Source: a virus
Virus record (IMG/VR): IMGVR_UViG_3300017971_000265
Location: 13,933 to 77,932 of that record
Strand: one strand, 5' to 3'
DNA: 64,000 nucleotides
In this document: piece after piece, positions 18,024-27,353 of the stretch
Position numbering within the stretch: position 1 is the first letter of the stretch
How the letters are laid out: each line of letters opens with the position of its first letter
Position numbers and translations under genes: made by a program
Notes under the pieces: generated by a model
What the model saw: the letters and a program-made list of their open reading frames with translations, nothing else
What the model was told of the DNA's origin: nothing
Database searches by the model: none

Positions 18024-19508
18024 ATGGAAGCGAGAGATTATCTCAACGATGAGGCGCTTGCACAATCGGCCGGAACCGTTCTGGACGAGGATCTGAATGT
18101 GGCGCTTCAGGCAAAGTGGGGCGGATTGATGGAACAGGGCTGGGACTCGTGGACGAAGCGCTGCATGGCGCGGATGTTCGAGAACGAGATGGTCCACCTC
18201 AATCAGCTCAAACGAAGGTTTCTCACAGAGGCCACGCTGGCGCAAAACATCCCGGATCTGGTCAAATTCATCTTTCCCATCGTGCGGAGAGTATGGGCCA
18301 ACCTGATCGCTAACGGGCTGTTTTCGATTCAGCCGATGAACTCGCCAATTGGAGGCATCTTCTATTGGGAGTACAAGTACGGGACGTCAAAGGGAACTAT
18401 CACTGCTGGCGACAACATGATAGAGAACTTTGATCGTTACTACTCCTCGGAATATGTCGATGGCGAATCGATTGGAACTGGCACCGATACCTATTCTGGT
18501 ACGCTGGCTTGGAAGCCTGTGAAGCCTTATGGCATGGGCCAGGTGGGAATCGAGTTCGTTGGTACTACCGATGTCGGGGCTACTCTGCGCATCTATGATG
18601 CTGACGGAAGTGGTGATTTGTCAGGAGATGTCAGTGGTGCAAACACTATTACGTTTGCCACGGGTGCTTACAGCATCAAATTCACCGCATCTGTAAATAA
18701 TGTGGTTGCCAACTACTTCTACAACATGGAGGCTGAGGCGGACAACGTACCGCAGGTCAACGTGGACATCACCCTCGAAGCTATCAAGGCTTGGAGTCGG
18801 AAGCTGAAGATATTGTGGTCCAGCGAGGCTGCAGACGACATGAGGGCCGTGCTCAATATGGATATTGAGCCCGAGTTGACATCCGGTGTGGCAAGTGAGA
18901 TCGCGCTGGGTATCGACCGCGAGCTGATCATGGCGGCTTACGGTTCGGGAACAACCAACACAGACACGTTCGATGCAGCGGTGCCACCGGGACGAAACCA
19001 GGTGGATCACTTCCGCAACATCATGACGACCATCGAGAAGGTGTCGGGTGGGATCAACACGGCTACGCACAGAGGCCCTGGCAACTTCCTGGTTATAGGG
19101 CCGAGCGTACAGCCGATTTTTGGTGCGCTGGCCACGCACGGTGACCTGGTACGTGTCTATACGGACGTGCCGACAGGACCGGTAGGCCAGGGTGTGACGG
19201 GACGTCCCGCATTCCCATTGCCGCAGGCTCCGAGTGGATACGGTGTTTATCCGATGGGCTTCCTCCAGAACAAGTGGACGGTCATTGTGGACCCGTATTT
19301 CCCGAGTGGGAAGATTCTGGTCGGTCTGAAGGGGACGATGTTCACCGACTCCGGTTTGGTGTATGCCCCCTACGTGCCACTGGAAATGACGGCTGCGTTC
19401 CTCGATCCGGCAGACTTTTCGCTGCGGAAGGGTATGAGAACCAGGTATGCCAAGAAGCTGGTTAATTCCAATTTCTACGGCATTATCACGGTAACCAACC
19501 TTCCCTAA
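18024..19508 (+). CDS. Major capsid protein (T4 gp23-like)
   Basis: IQPMNSPIGGIF, SRKLKILWS, GLVYAPYVPL, GMRTRYA. Confidence 0.95.
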   Translation: MEARDYLNDEALAQSAGTVLDEDLNVALQAKWGGLMEQGWDSWTKRCMARMFENEMVHLNQLKRRFLTEATLAQNIPDLVKFIFPIVRRVWANLIANGLFSIQPMNSPIGGIFYWEYKYGTSKGTITAGDNMIENFDRYYSSEYVDGESIGTGTDTYSGTLAWKPVKPYGMGQVGIEFVGTTDVGATLRIYDADGSGDLSGDVSGANTITFATGAYSIKFTASVNNVVANYFYNMEAEADNVPQVNVDITLEAIKAWSRKLKILWSSEAADDMRAVLNMDIEPELTSGVASEIALGIDRELIMAAYGSGTTNTDTFDAAVPPGRNQVDHFRNIMTTIEKVSGGINTATHRGPGNFLVIGPSVQPIFGALATHGDLVRVYTDVPTGPVGQGVTGRPAFPLPQAPSGYGVYPMGFLQNKWTVIVDPYFPSGKILVGLKGTMFTDSGLVYAPYVPLEMTAAFLDPADFSLRKGMRTRYAKKLVNSNFYGIITVTNLP

Positions 19509-19522
19509 AGGGCTGTGAAGTG

Positions 19523-19586
19523 AAGGGGCAGGGAGATGTTTAGCAACTTCTGAGAGGATGCGCGACGACGCCTCCTGCCCCTTTTG
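19523..19586 (+). terminator. Long imperfect hairpin after the capsid gene (terminator or processing site)
   Basis: aaggggcagg (19523) pairs with cctgcccctt (19574); short T run follows. Confidence 0.5.
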
Positions 19587-19617
19587 CTTCCCAAGCAGGA
19601 ATTGAGGAGAAATAGGT

Positions 19618-20187
19618 ATGAAAATCACAGTCATCAATAAGAGAGTAGCATCGGAGTTTGGTGCGGACCACGTAATGTGTGTCGATGGCACCACTGTCAA
19701 CCCCGGTGAGCAGCATGAGATGCTGGGTCGTTCCAGGACAGAACTCATTTTCCAGATGAATGTCCAAGACGACGACGTATCGGTGTTGGGCGAACTGGAG
19801 GGCGATGATCGTTCTCCTCTCATTAACCAGATGAAGACTCCGGCAGATCCAGCTGCCGACACGTTTACACTGGCCGGTGAGGGATTCGATATTCTGGACG
19901 AGGTTGGAGCGGCATTCGACACAGACCTCCAGATGTATCTGGGTGTGTTTGACGACGCTGATTGTCAAACTCCTTCGGAGGATGGCACGTTGGACACGGC
20001 GGCAACTGGGACGATTGATGCAGGTGCAGGTACAAATCTGCTCAAGGTTACCCCAGATGCGGGTGTTGTATCGGTAACTCTGACGGCAACGGGAGCTGGA
20101 GAATTCTGGCTCAAAGCGTGGCCGGTCGAAACCGACTACATTGTCGATGCCAGCGATTCGCACAAAACGACATTCACCGCTTCATAG
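19618..20187 (+). CDS. Probable capsid decoration/structural protein
   Basis: SD GAGGAG; acidic, Thr/Gly-rich; follows the capsid gene. Confidence 0.55.
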   Translation: MKITVINKRVASEFGADHVMCVDGTTVNPGEQHEMLGRSRTELIFQMNVQDDDVSVLGELEGDDRSPLINQMKTPADPAADTFTLAGEGFDILDEVGAAFDTDLQMYLGVFDDADCQTPSEDGTLDTAATGTIDAGAGTNLLKVTPDAGVVSVTLTATGAGEFWLKAWPVETDYIVDASDSHKTTFTAS

Positions 20188-20204
20188 TCGGTGAGCTGTT
20201 CGGT

Positions 20205-20272
20205 ATGGTGAAGAGCACCCACGTTAGGATTCCTACCCCGGACATTCTACGGGGTGCTCGGCACCATCTTTT
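20205..20272 (+). terminator. Long imperfect hairpin
   Basis: atggtg/caccat and gagcaccc/gggtgctc stems followed by ctttt. Confidence 0.5.
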
Positions 20273-20302
20273 GAACCTTCCTTCCCACGAGGAGAGTCTA
20301 AG

Positions 20303-20599
20303 ATGAGTCTAGGTGCATATATTAGGGAGTCATTGAGAGAAAAAGTTCTTGCTGAGTCCAAGAGTGTTGAGGAGTGGTGGGATCGTTTACCGGGTAAAAG
20401 ACGTCTCAAAGTTGTGGCGATTCTTGGGTTGAGCAAGGGGAGGGCGAAGGTTATTTATAGTAAACTCAACCCTGATGAGCAGAGTGAAATCTCTGCATAT
20501 TTCAAGAAATATAAGGGCAAGGTTGAGGGAACAGAGGGGACAGATGATACTTTGAACGAGTCGATGCAGAGGAATGAAGCTAGTCTTAGCCGAGACTAG
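20303..20599 (+). CDS. Small hypothetical protein with leader ending VLAE
   Basis: SD GAGGAG; basic core flanked by LAE and LNE. Confidence 0.65.
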   Translation: MSLGAYIRESLREKVLAESKSVEEWWDRLPGKRRLKVVAILGLSKGRAKVIYSKLNPDEQSEISAYFKKYKGKVEGTEGTDDTLNESMQRNEASLSRD

Positions 20600-20712
20600 C
20601 GGGAGACATCGATGTTGCCTGAGAACATCGAGTCCAAAAGTCCCGCGTCGAGAAAAGGTTTGGTGAGAGATGGGAATTCCCAAGGGTCTTTCCCACATGC
20701 GAGGAGGGTTAG

Positions 20713-21285
20713 ATGGAGTTTTATAAGAAGAATCCAAAGATTGAGGGGACCATTACTGTCCAGAAGGTATTGCTGGATGACGACATGGTTGTGACGGGAG
20801 AAGAGTTTAGGATCTTTGCTAATCCAAAAACCTTTCCCTCTATTCCTGTTAGGTTGGTTGCTGTCGATTTTGACTCGCTGACTGAGACACAGAAAGAGAG
20901 GGCTATTCAGTTTGCTAAGGAGCGAGGGCAACCCGCGCCCAGACATCTCGGTGTGATCAAGTCGGAGAATTTTGAGCTGACAAGAGATGGTGCTTTCAAA
21001 ATTCATAGTCAACCGAAAAAGCCTTCCAAGCAAGCACCGGCACCTGTTCTTCCCCCCAAGAAGGCTGAACCAAAACTTACCCAGCTTTATAACCTGGATG
21101 AGTTTATTGATATTTTTCCAGGTATTACAGATCGGAATGCGAGGCAAGTGAGACGCAAATTTCTGACAGTGAAGAGTTTGGCAGAGGCCAGCAATGCTGA
21201 TTTGAGAGCGGTAGGGGTTAGGTCAAATTTTTTTAAGCGCCTGCGAGATCGGGCCAATTTGGAGATGGAGCAAGGAGACGAGTAG
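20713..21285 (+). CDS. Hypothetical protein with C-terminal helix-hairpin-helix-like domain
   Basis: IFPGIT...LAEASNADLRAVGV pattern. Confidence 0.55.
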   Translation: MEFYKKNPKIEGTITVQKVLLDDDMVVTGEEFRIFANPKTFPSIPVRLVAVDFDSLTETQKERAIQFAKERGQPAPRHLGVIKSENFELTRDGAFKIHSQPKKPSKQAPAPVLPPKKAEPKLTQLYNLDEFIDIFPGITDRNARQVRRKFLTVKSLAEASNADLRAVGVRSNFFKRLRDRANLEMEQGDE

Positions 21286-21294
21286 GAGGATAAT

Positions 21295-21870
21295 ATGCCC
21301 AAACTAGGAGATCTCGGACGGAACGTTGACATACTGAGGCAGATGCGTGATCGGCTAGTTGCTGAGGAGGGGAGAGCTAAGGAGCAGGAGGTTGAACAGG
21401 ATCGATGGGATAGTTTTTCCGAGGTAGCGTCCGAGATTATTGAGGCGTGTGACAATAGACGTCTGGAAGAGCTTGTTACGGCGGTTCGTAAGCTCAAGAA
21501 TCGGTTGCGCCGACCAGCGGTTAGGAAAGAATTGGCAAAGCTGGAAGCCGATGGAGGAAACGATAAGATTCCTGCCAAGAAAGATAAGCCAATTACTGGG
21601 CAGTGCAAATGCGCGGAATGCGGCAAGGTTATTGATGGGTCAAAAGAGCCCTGTGTTGAAGATGCCTTATGTACTGATTGTGCCTTGAAAAACAGAGTTG
21701 TTTCTAAGAAGGAACAGGACAAAAAGAAGAAGAAAAAGGGCGTGCCACCTACTCCAGGCATGGGATCTGAAGGAGGAGGAGCGTCAGGGGGCGAGGATGA
21801 GGGAGAGAGAGACGACGATGAGGAAAAAGAAAAGAAAGAGTCTCTGAGGAGAAGAAGCTATTCATTATGA
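21295..21870 (+). CDS. Hypothetical protein with a CxxC...CxxC zinc finger
   Basis: CAECG...LCTDC; ends ESLRRRSYSL. Confidence 0.65.
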   Translation: MPKLGDLGRNVDILRQMRDRLVAEEGRAKEQEVEQDRWDSFSEVASEIIEACDNRRLEELVTAVRKLKNRLRRPAVRKELAKLEADGGNDKIPAKKDKPITGQCKCAECGKVIDGSKEPCVEDALCTDCALKNRVVSKKEQDKKKKKKGVPPTPGMGSEGGGASGGEDEGERDDDEEKEKKESLRRRSYSL

Positions 21871-21923
21871 GTCTGGCCCAGGCAAATGAAGTCTCAACCG
21901 AGACAGTTGCGGCAAGCAGATGA
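21867..21923 (+). CDS. 18-aa mini-ORF resembling an orphan class II leader
   Basis: MSLAQANEVSTETVAASR; ATGA overlaps at both ends. Confidence 0.45.
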   Translation: MSLAQANEVSTETVAASR

Positions 21924-22684
21924 GGCTGCAAGAGTTCAAGCGATGGATTCGCCGCAAACTAGGCGATGATGGGCAATGTACCGTCAAGGTTGAATTGACG
22001 GAGCAACAGATTGAACAAGCCTTAGAGGATGCTAAGGATTGGTTCAATGTCTTTGTGGGGATCTATAGAGAATCATCTCTTAATATTGCCGAAGGAACGG
22101 TGGAGTATGATCTGTCTGCTGTTATCCCTGCTATCGATACAGTGTCCAAGGTGTGGTTTCCTCGTCGTGGCACTGAGATCGATTTTAGTGTTCTCTATCC
22201 CGGTTTTTTAGACGTCGAAGGAATTCCTTACGGAGTAGGGACACTGTGGGGCGAGGGATATCCCCAAACATCGATTACGCAGACTCTTCAAACTCTCGAA
22301 TCCATGTCTAAGCTTTTGAGTTCGGATCTAGATTGGGAGTTCTACAAGGATACCATGGTCGATCCCGCGACAAAGACGTTGCGAATAATGCCATCTCCAA
22401 AACAGGGAGGTGTTGTGTATTATTTCTATCGAGTCGATCCATCGGCTATTAAGTTGGAGAATTACGATCCGAAACATCTCTGGTTTATTAGGGAGTGGGC
22501 CTTAGCTGAGGCGAAGTATACGTTGGGGCGAATCCGAGGGAAATATTCAGGCGGTTTGCCAGCGGCAGGTGGAGATCGTAGTCTTGACGGCGAGGCGCTA
22601 ATCACTGAGTCGAGAGAAGATAAGGAACGAATAGAGGAAAAAATCCTGGATATGCAAGGTCCAGTTATGCCTATGATTTATTAG
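21920..22684 (+). CDS. Neck protein (T4 gp13-like)
   Basis: WIRRKLG...VELTEQQIEQALEDA and WALAEAKYTLGRIRGKY...LDGEAL. Confidence 0.8.
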   Translation: MRLQEFKRWIRRKLGDDGQCTVKVELTEQQIEQALEDAKDWFNVFVGIYRESSLNIAEGTVEYDLSAVIPAIDTVSKVWFPRRGTEIDFSVLYPGFLDVEGIPYGVGTLWGEGYPQTSITQTLQTLESMSKLLSSDLDWEFYKDTMVDPATKTLRIMPSPKQGGVVYYFYRVDPSAIKLENYDPKHLWFIREWALAEAKYTLGRIRGKYSGGLPAAGGDRSLDGEALITESREDKERIEEKILDMQGPVMPMIY

Positions 22685-22839
22685 GAGAGTCGAATCACAC
22701 TGGTGAGGAAGCGATGAGAGCGATACAGGAATGGCAACTTTGGATGCACCCATATCCTACTCTGATTAAAAACAAGAGTAGACGTCTGGACCCATCAAAA
22801 TTCCCCTTTGGGAGGATTTTTCGGGATGGGAAGGAGCTG

Positions 22840-23844
22840 GTGAGGCTATCTGACTTGTTTGAGGCTCGGAAGCAGACTCCTCCCCAGTTGAAACGATGTG
22901 TTCGGGCCATTGTAGACAAAGAGATGGAGGGCGAGGATCGGACCCCAGAGGCGATGCGTGCGGCCATTTCGAAGGGTTTTGCTATTTGTACCTCACAGCT
23001 CCAGAAGAGTGGCTATTTGAAGGTAGGTAGTCAGAAGCCCACCAAGGCCGGGAAACAGGCGGGGCGCTCCAAGGCTGCTCAGAAGGCTCACATGGACAAG
23101 GTGGCCGATTATGAGCGGATGCTTGGTGTGGCTCGTGGAGAAGGCTCAGAGGATACTGGGGGCTCTCTGAGCGAGGCTGAGGGGGGGTTTAGGTTGAATG
23201 TGGCCCGTGTCCCGCTCGGCAAGGCCAGATCTTATGCAGAAGGAGTGTTGCGGCAGGCAGGCGAAGATATTGAGAGAGAATTGCCTGATTTTGATAAGAA
23301 TTATGTTCGTTTGCAGAAGATGACCAGACAGGCATTAGACGTCCCAAGGATCGAGATGCCCGTTATTGAGCCCAAGGACATGAAGCGATTTGATAAAAAG
23401 CTCAAAAAGGGCCACCTCGATATTTTTGCTCCCTATGCGGAGGGTCATTTAGAAGCTCCGAAGCATTTGACCAAACAGACAGGCTCAGAATGGATCAAGC
23501 TAGGTGTGAGGGATGGCAAGAAAAAGGACGATGTAGTGGTTGGTCGCTGGACCTCGGTCCCCGCTAAAAAGCTGATTCCGACTCAATCGCAGATCTGGCT
23601 AGAGAAACTGGTGAGAAACATCGCAAAGTTTGGCAGGCCGAGGGCGGGTTCTCCAGTTCTCAATACGACAATTATCGTTTCTAGGGAGGGTTATATCTTG
23701 GATGGCCATCACCGATATGGGCAGGTGATGTTGGCGAATCCAGACTTGAAATTGAAAGCGCTCTATATTCCATTGCCCATTGAATTGTTACTCAAGATTG
23801 GACGCACCTATGGCAACGCCATTGGTAATGTTCAGAAGGGGTAA
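22840..23844 (+). CDS. Two-module protein with C-terminal ParB/Srx-like domain
   Basis: SD AAGGAG before GTG 22840 (track starts at 22714); LIPTQ...IIVSREGYILDGHHR. Confidence 0.7.
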   Translation: MRLSDLFEARKQTPPQLKRCVRAIVDKEMEGEDRTPEAMRAAISKGFAICTSQLQKSGYLKVGSQKPTKAGKQAGRSKAAQKAHMDKVADYERMLGVARGEGSEDTGGSLSEAEGGFRLNVARVPLGKARSYAEGVLRQAGEDIERELPDFDKNYVRLQKMTRQALDVPRIEMPVIEPKDMKRFDKKLKKGHLDIFAPYAEGHLEAPKHLTKQTGSEWIKLGVRDGKKKDDVVVGRWTSVPAKKLIPTQSQIWLEKLVRNIAKFGRPRAGSPVLNTTIIVSREGYILDGHHRYGQVMLANPDLKLKALYIPLPIELLLKIGRTYGNAIGNVQKG

Positions 23845-23848
23845 GGAA

Positions 23849-24523
23849 ATGTCTCTTTTCTATATGAACCAATTACTTTCTGAGGCAGTTGATACGGTTT
23901 CTAGGGACGTCTTAACAGAGGTGGCTATTGGCCAGACAACGGAAACGGCAAATCTACGAATCCACCGTTACTCTAGTGCGATCCGTGTTACCGATCTCAC
24001 AAATGCGGGAAAACGAGGAAAAAAGGTGGATGAATTCGCTCTTTACGATATTGACTCTTTGCGAGATCCCAGGATGAAAGATTTGGTAGAGATGTTTGCT
24101 GCCATGCTTAGCCGTGGGCGGATCAAAACTTATAAACAAGCTTTGACGGCGGCTAGGGGATTAGTTGATGAGTCGGAACGAATTGCGAAAGCTTCTGATC
24201 AGTTTCTTTCCGTGCCCAAGATAGAGACGGGTCAATACAAGGGCGTTCGAGTAGCACCGGCCGGTTTTAAACCTATTGATTTTAAAAATCCGAATATTGC
24301 GCTGTATGCGGACAATGAGAGGTTCCGAATCACAGATATGAGGGATAAGTACAATGAACCTACCCTAATAGCTCCGCTTCGTGGCAAGGTTGCATCGGTT
24401 AAAAAATTCTATGAGTGGGCTCGCAACAACATGGGAAAGTTGAACCGCATGACTTTTAGAGACGTCATGAAGGAGATGAAACGTGCCGGAATCGATTATC
24501 ACTACTATTGCGCGGTAGACTGA
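23849..24523 (+). CDS. Hypothetical protein, class II leader
   Basis: MSLFYMNQLLSEAV...VLTE. Confidence 0.7.
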   Translation: MSLFYMNQLLSEAVDTVSRDVLTEVAIGQTTETANLRIHRYSSAIRVTDLTNAGKRGKKVDEFALYDIDSLRDPRMKDLVEMFAAMLSRGRIKTYKQALTAARGLVDESERIAKASDQFLSVPKIETGQYKGVRVAPAGFKPIDFKNPNIALYADNERFRITDMRDKYNEPTLIAPLRGKVASVKKFYEWARNNMGKLNRMTFRDVMKEMKRAGIDYHYYCAVD

Positions 24524-24530
24524 GGGAAAA

Positions 24531-25481
24531 ATGCTTGGAAAATCCATAGAATTTTTGGAAGATATCATCTCGATATTGGGGGAACAACCCGTGGGAGATG
24601 AAAACGATGTGGATGCATTTGGCATGGATGCACATACTAGGAGAAGGTTACGGGTTGATCGTTTATTGCAACCTAGAGGGAAGAAAAAGCCGCGTAAGCC
24701 GATGCGTACCAAAATGCCGCATTCGTTGGCCAGAATTCCCCGGCTGGGGAATGAGGAGATTGTGAATTCATCACTGAGGAGACGAGGTTATCTAGCAGAG
24801 AGCGTCCGGGTTCTTAAGAAAGCTCCTCCCAAGACCGCTGTGGCAGATGTGTACGGGTTAAGATTCTCGTCGTGGGACGGGAAGCTGGCATTGGTGACGA
24901 CATCTGCATTAAGTGCTTTCAGCTCAGGCGAGCATATCAGTCAATGGTTTAATCCAGAGACATTAGCGCAGCGATATGTTGTACGGTTTGCTGTAGACAG
25001 CCGAGGGAAACCTATACCGGTGACGAATAGTAGTTGGATTGGGGCGCAGCCTTACCTTGCTGATGCGCATCTTCCTTACGAGAAGAACACATTTAAGCTT
25101 GGTAGCCGTGGATATGGCATGAGGGCCGAAGTTGAAGGATCTTTTTCAAAACCTCAAGAGTTTTGGGTAAAGAAATCGTTCAAGAATCTGGATGGTGCAC
25201 AGACCAACGTAGTGGAACACTATTTCCGCAAGCGCGGTTTTATTGACGTCTCTGATTTCAAACTCACGGTGCGGGATTGGCGCATTATGCTTGGCATGGG
25301 TTTTGACGAGATTCAGGAGAAACTGCATTACGAGAAGGCGAAGGAGGCTGATTATTTGGTTACGAGGATACTCGGACATTCTACTATCGATGATAGTTTG
25401 ATGAACAGAGTTTGGAAGGGCATCAAGGGCGTATACGCCTTGACACGGCAGGGTAAGATAAAATTCGCTGTAGAAAGGTGA
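24531..25481 (+). CDS. Hypothetical protein with internal in-frame start (24762) carrying a class I leader
   Basis: GAGGAG then GTG, NSSLRRRGYLAE. Confidence 0.65.
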   Translation: MLGKSIEFLEDIISILGEQPVGDENDVDAFGMDAHTRRRLRVDRLLQPRGKKKPRKPMRTKMPHSLARIPRLGNEEIVNSSLRRRGYLAESVRVLKKAPPKTAVADVYGLRFSSWDGKLALVTTSALSAFSSGEHISQWFNPETLAQRYVVRFAVDSRGKPIPVTNSSWIGAQPYLADAHLPYEKNTFKLGSRGYGMRAEVEGSFSKPQEFWVKKSFKNLDGAQTNVVEHYFRKRGFIDVSDFKLTVRDWRIMLGMGFDEIQEKLHYEKAKEADYLVTRILGHSTIDDSLMNRVWKGIKGVYALTRQGKIKFAVER

Positions 25482-25489
25482 ATCAAAAG

Positions 25490-25828
25490 ATGGCGCACAA
25501 AAAGCTGAGACATAGGCAATATCTGGGAGAGGGCACGACACCGTGGATATGGGCTTTTTCAAAACGTCCAGATGTTGAGTTTGCAATACAGATAGTTTCG
25601 GCTGATTCATTTCAGGTGCAAATAGGTATGGGGGGTGAGTGGTGGAACGGACGTCTAAGGCTTGGACGGAACATTCTCTATCATCGCAAGGGGAAAGTTG
25701 ATCCTGCCTACCGACCCGTAACAGCAGAGGTAAGTCATAGGAAAGACGGTATATATTTCTCAATTTCCGGTGGCTTCTATGGGGATCAGACTGCGAAGTT
25801 TACGATGAGGCTAGTTGCGAATACGTGA
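25490..25828 (+). CDS. Hypothetical protein, class I leader
   Basis: MAHKKLRHRQYLGE. Confidence 0.65.
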   Translation: MAHKKLRHRQYLGEGTTPWIWAFSKRPDVEFAIQIVSADSFQVQIGMGGEWWNGRLRLGRNILYHRKGKVDPAYRPVTAEVSHRKDGIYFSISGGFYGDQTAKFTMRLVANT

Positions 25829-26241
25829 TGGTTTCTTCTCTTACCAGTACTGTTGATCTTCTCCAAGATGCACGCAAGTTCATGACGCCTGGACGCGAGG
25901 GGCGTGGCAAGCATGATCCGGTTGGATATGTACTTGGTAAATTTTTTAACTCTACGCCAGAGTTCGATAAGTCGTTAGTTGAGAGACAGCGACGGAAGAA
26001 TGGTTGGACGCTGCGAGGAGCATGGCCAAGTACTGGTCGGAAAATATTCGATTGGGAATTTGATGTTTGGGGCGAGCGCGGGGGTGAAGTAGTTGTGAAA
26101 TTTGCGATGTGGAGTAATGAAGGATTGATTGATGGTCTGAGTTTTAGAACCAACGTAGGGACTGTGGATAGGCTTATTCCTAAGTTTTTGAGAAAATACT
26201 TCTATCCCATGAAGGCTATGGCAAAGGAGAGAGCGGCATGA
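25825..26241 (+). CDS. Hypothetical protein
   Basis: Overlapping start/stop codons with both neighbours. Confidence 0.6.
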   Translation: MMVSSLTSTVDLLQDARKFMTPGREGRGKHDPVGYVLGKFFNSTPEFDKSLVERQRRKNGWTLRGAWPSTGRKIFDWEFDVWGERGGEVVVKFAMWSNEGLIDGLSFRTNVGTVDRLIPKFLRKYFYPMKAMAKERAA

Positions 26242-26633
26242 ATCTTAGATGTCGCGGATATTTAGTGGAAAAGACGCTAAATGTTAAGCAGGCAATTCCC
26301 GATCAAGATTTAAGCGATAGGGAATTGGTACAAAGGATAAAAAGCTATAGGGTCGATAAGACTCGGGGGTGGGGTTTGTTTGTCAAGGCAAGAAATCTTC
26401 GACCGGGAATAGATGCGAAAGAATTTTATAAGATTTTTGATTCTGTAAATCCTGATCCTCATCACACGATAGTTTCGGTTAAGTTTGAGCCGACACATAT
26501 ATCGAAAGATACTCCAGGATTATCCATAATGGTTACCTCAAGAACGCCGCATTTGGTACGTCATATAATGAGCTATGGTGGAACTGGTGGCACGCCTGTA
26601 CGTGAGTTTGATCGGCAATGGAGAGCAATATGA
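26238..26633 (+). CDS. Hypothetical protein, class I leader
   Basis: MNLRCRGYLVE. Confidence 0.7.
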   Translation: MNLRCRGYLVEKTLNVKQAIPDQDLSDRELVQRIKSYRVDKTRGWGLFVKARNLRPGIDAKEFYKIFDSVNPDPHHTIVSVKFEPTHISKDTPGLSIMVTSRTPHLVRHIMSYGGTGGTPVREFDRQWRAI

Positions 26634-26863
26634 ATCTTAGACGTCGTGGATATTTACAGGAGTCGGTTGGGATTGTGAAAAAATCTCAGATTGATAGGAA
26701 CAAATCTTATACTGTTTGGGAGAAGCATCCCTATATGGATACGTGGATGATCGATAGATCTTACTATGGGATTTATTTCTATGGAGAAGGCGAGGCTTAT
26801 TTGAAATCAAAGAAACATATTGTGGTTCCCAGGGGAGTGGACCCAAATAGGGAGGACAAGTGA
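26630..26863 (+). CDS. Hypothetical protein, class I leader
   Basis: MNLRRRGYLQE; SD GGAG. Confidence 0.7.
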   Translation: MNLRRRGYLQESVGIVKKSQIDRNKSYTVWEKHPYMDTWMIDRSYYGIYFYGEGEAYLKSKKHIVVPRGVDPNREDK

Positions 26864-26864
26864 T

Positions 26865-27353
26865 ATGAGTCTTCGAGATGTAAATGAATTGCTTCGTGGC
26901 AGTGTTGCGCAGATCAGGGACATAGAAGAGGCAGCGCCAGCGCCCGGTGTGGTAGACTTGGAGAATCCGGTCTATCATATACGTCAGAAGGTGGCTAAGA
27001 TCAGTGTCCCGGTCTCACCAACAACTAGTATTGCTGCTGGACAGACAGGGGCGAAGTTGTTGAAACAGAGACTGACAGGTTGGACAAAGGCTGATCATAA
27101 AAAGGCTGTGGTTAAGTTGGAAAAAATGGCAAAGAGGGCCAAGGCTGACTATGCGCGTGCGCTCGATAGGGCGGCGCAGGAAACGTGGGGGCGAAAATGG
27201 AAGCCGACTGATTACAAGATCTCTTGCGTTGGTTCGGATGAATTTTCCGAGTCGATCAAGAAAAAACTCCGAGTGTTGTGTCGTAAGATGACAATTATTG
27301 GAGATGCGCTTGCGTCTCATAGGTATTTGGCAAAATATCTAAGGACAAAATGA
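26865..27353 (+). CDS. Hypothetical basic protein, class II leader
   Basis: SD GGAGG; MSLRDVNELL...DIEE/A. Confidence 0.7.
   Translation: MSLRDVNELLRGSVAQIRDIEEAAPAPGVVDLENPVYHIRQKVAKISVPVSPTTSIAAGQTGAKLLKQRLTGWTKADHKKAVVKLEKMAKRAKADYARALDRAAQETWGRKWKPTDYKISCVGSDEFSESIKKKLRVLCRKMTIIGDALASHRYLAKYLRTK

Noticed and set aside
18621-19922. Long minus-strand ORFs (also 5800-6666, 14480-15070, 39021-39908, 63486-63962)
   Set aside because: Antisense to well-supported genes with biased codon usage; no recognisable motifs.
25825-26241. This gene as leader-bearing cargo
   Set aside because: N-terminus has LLQD/A rather than an x-x-E site and fits neither class.
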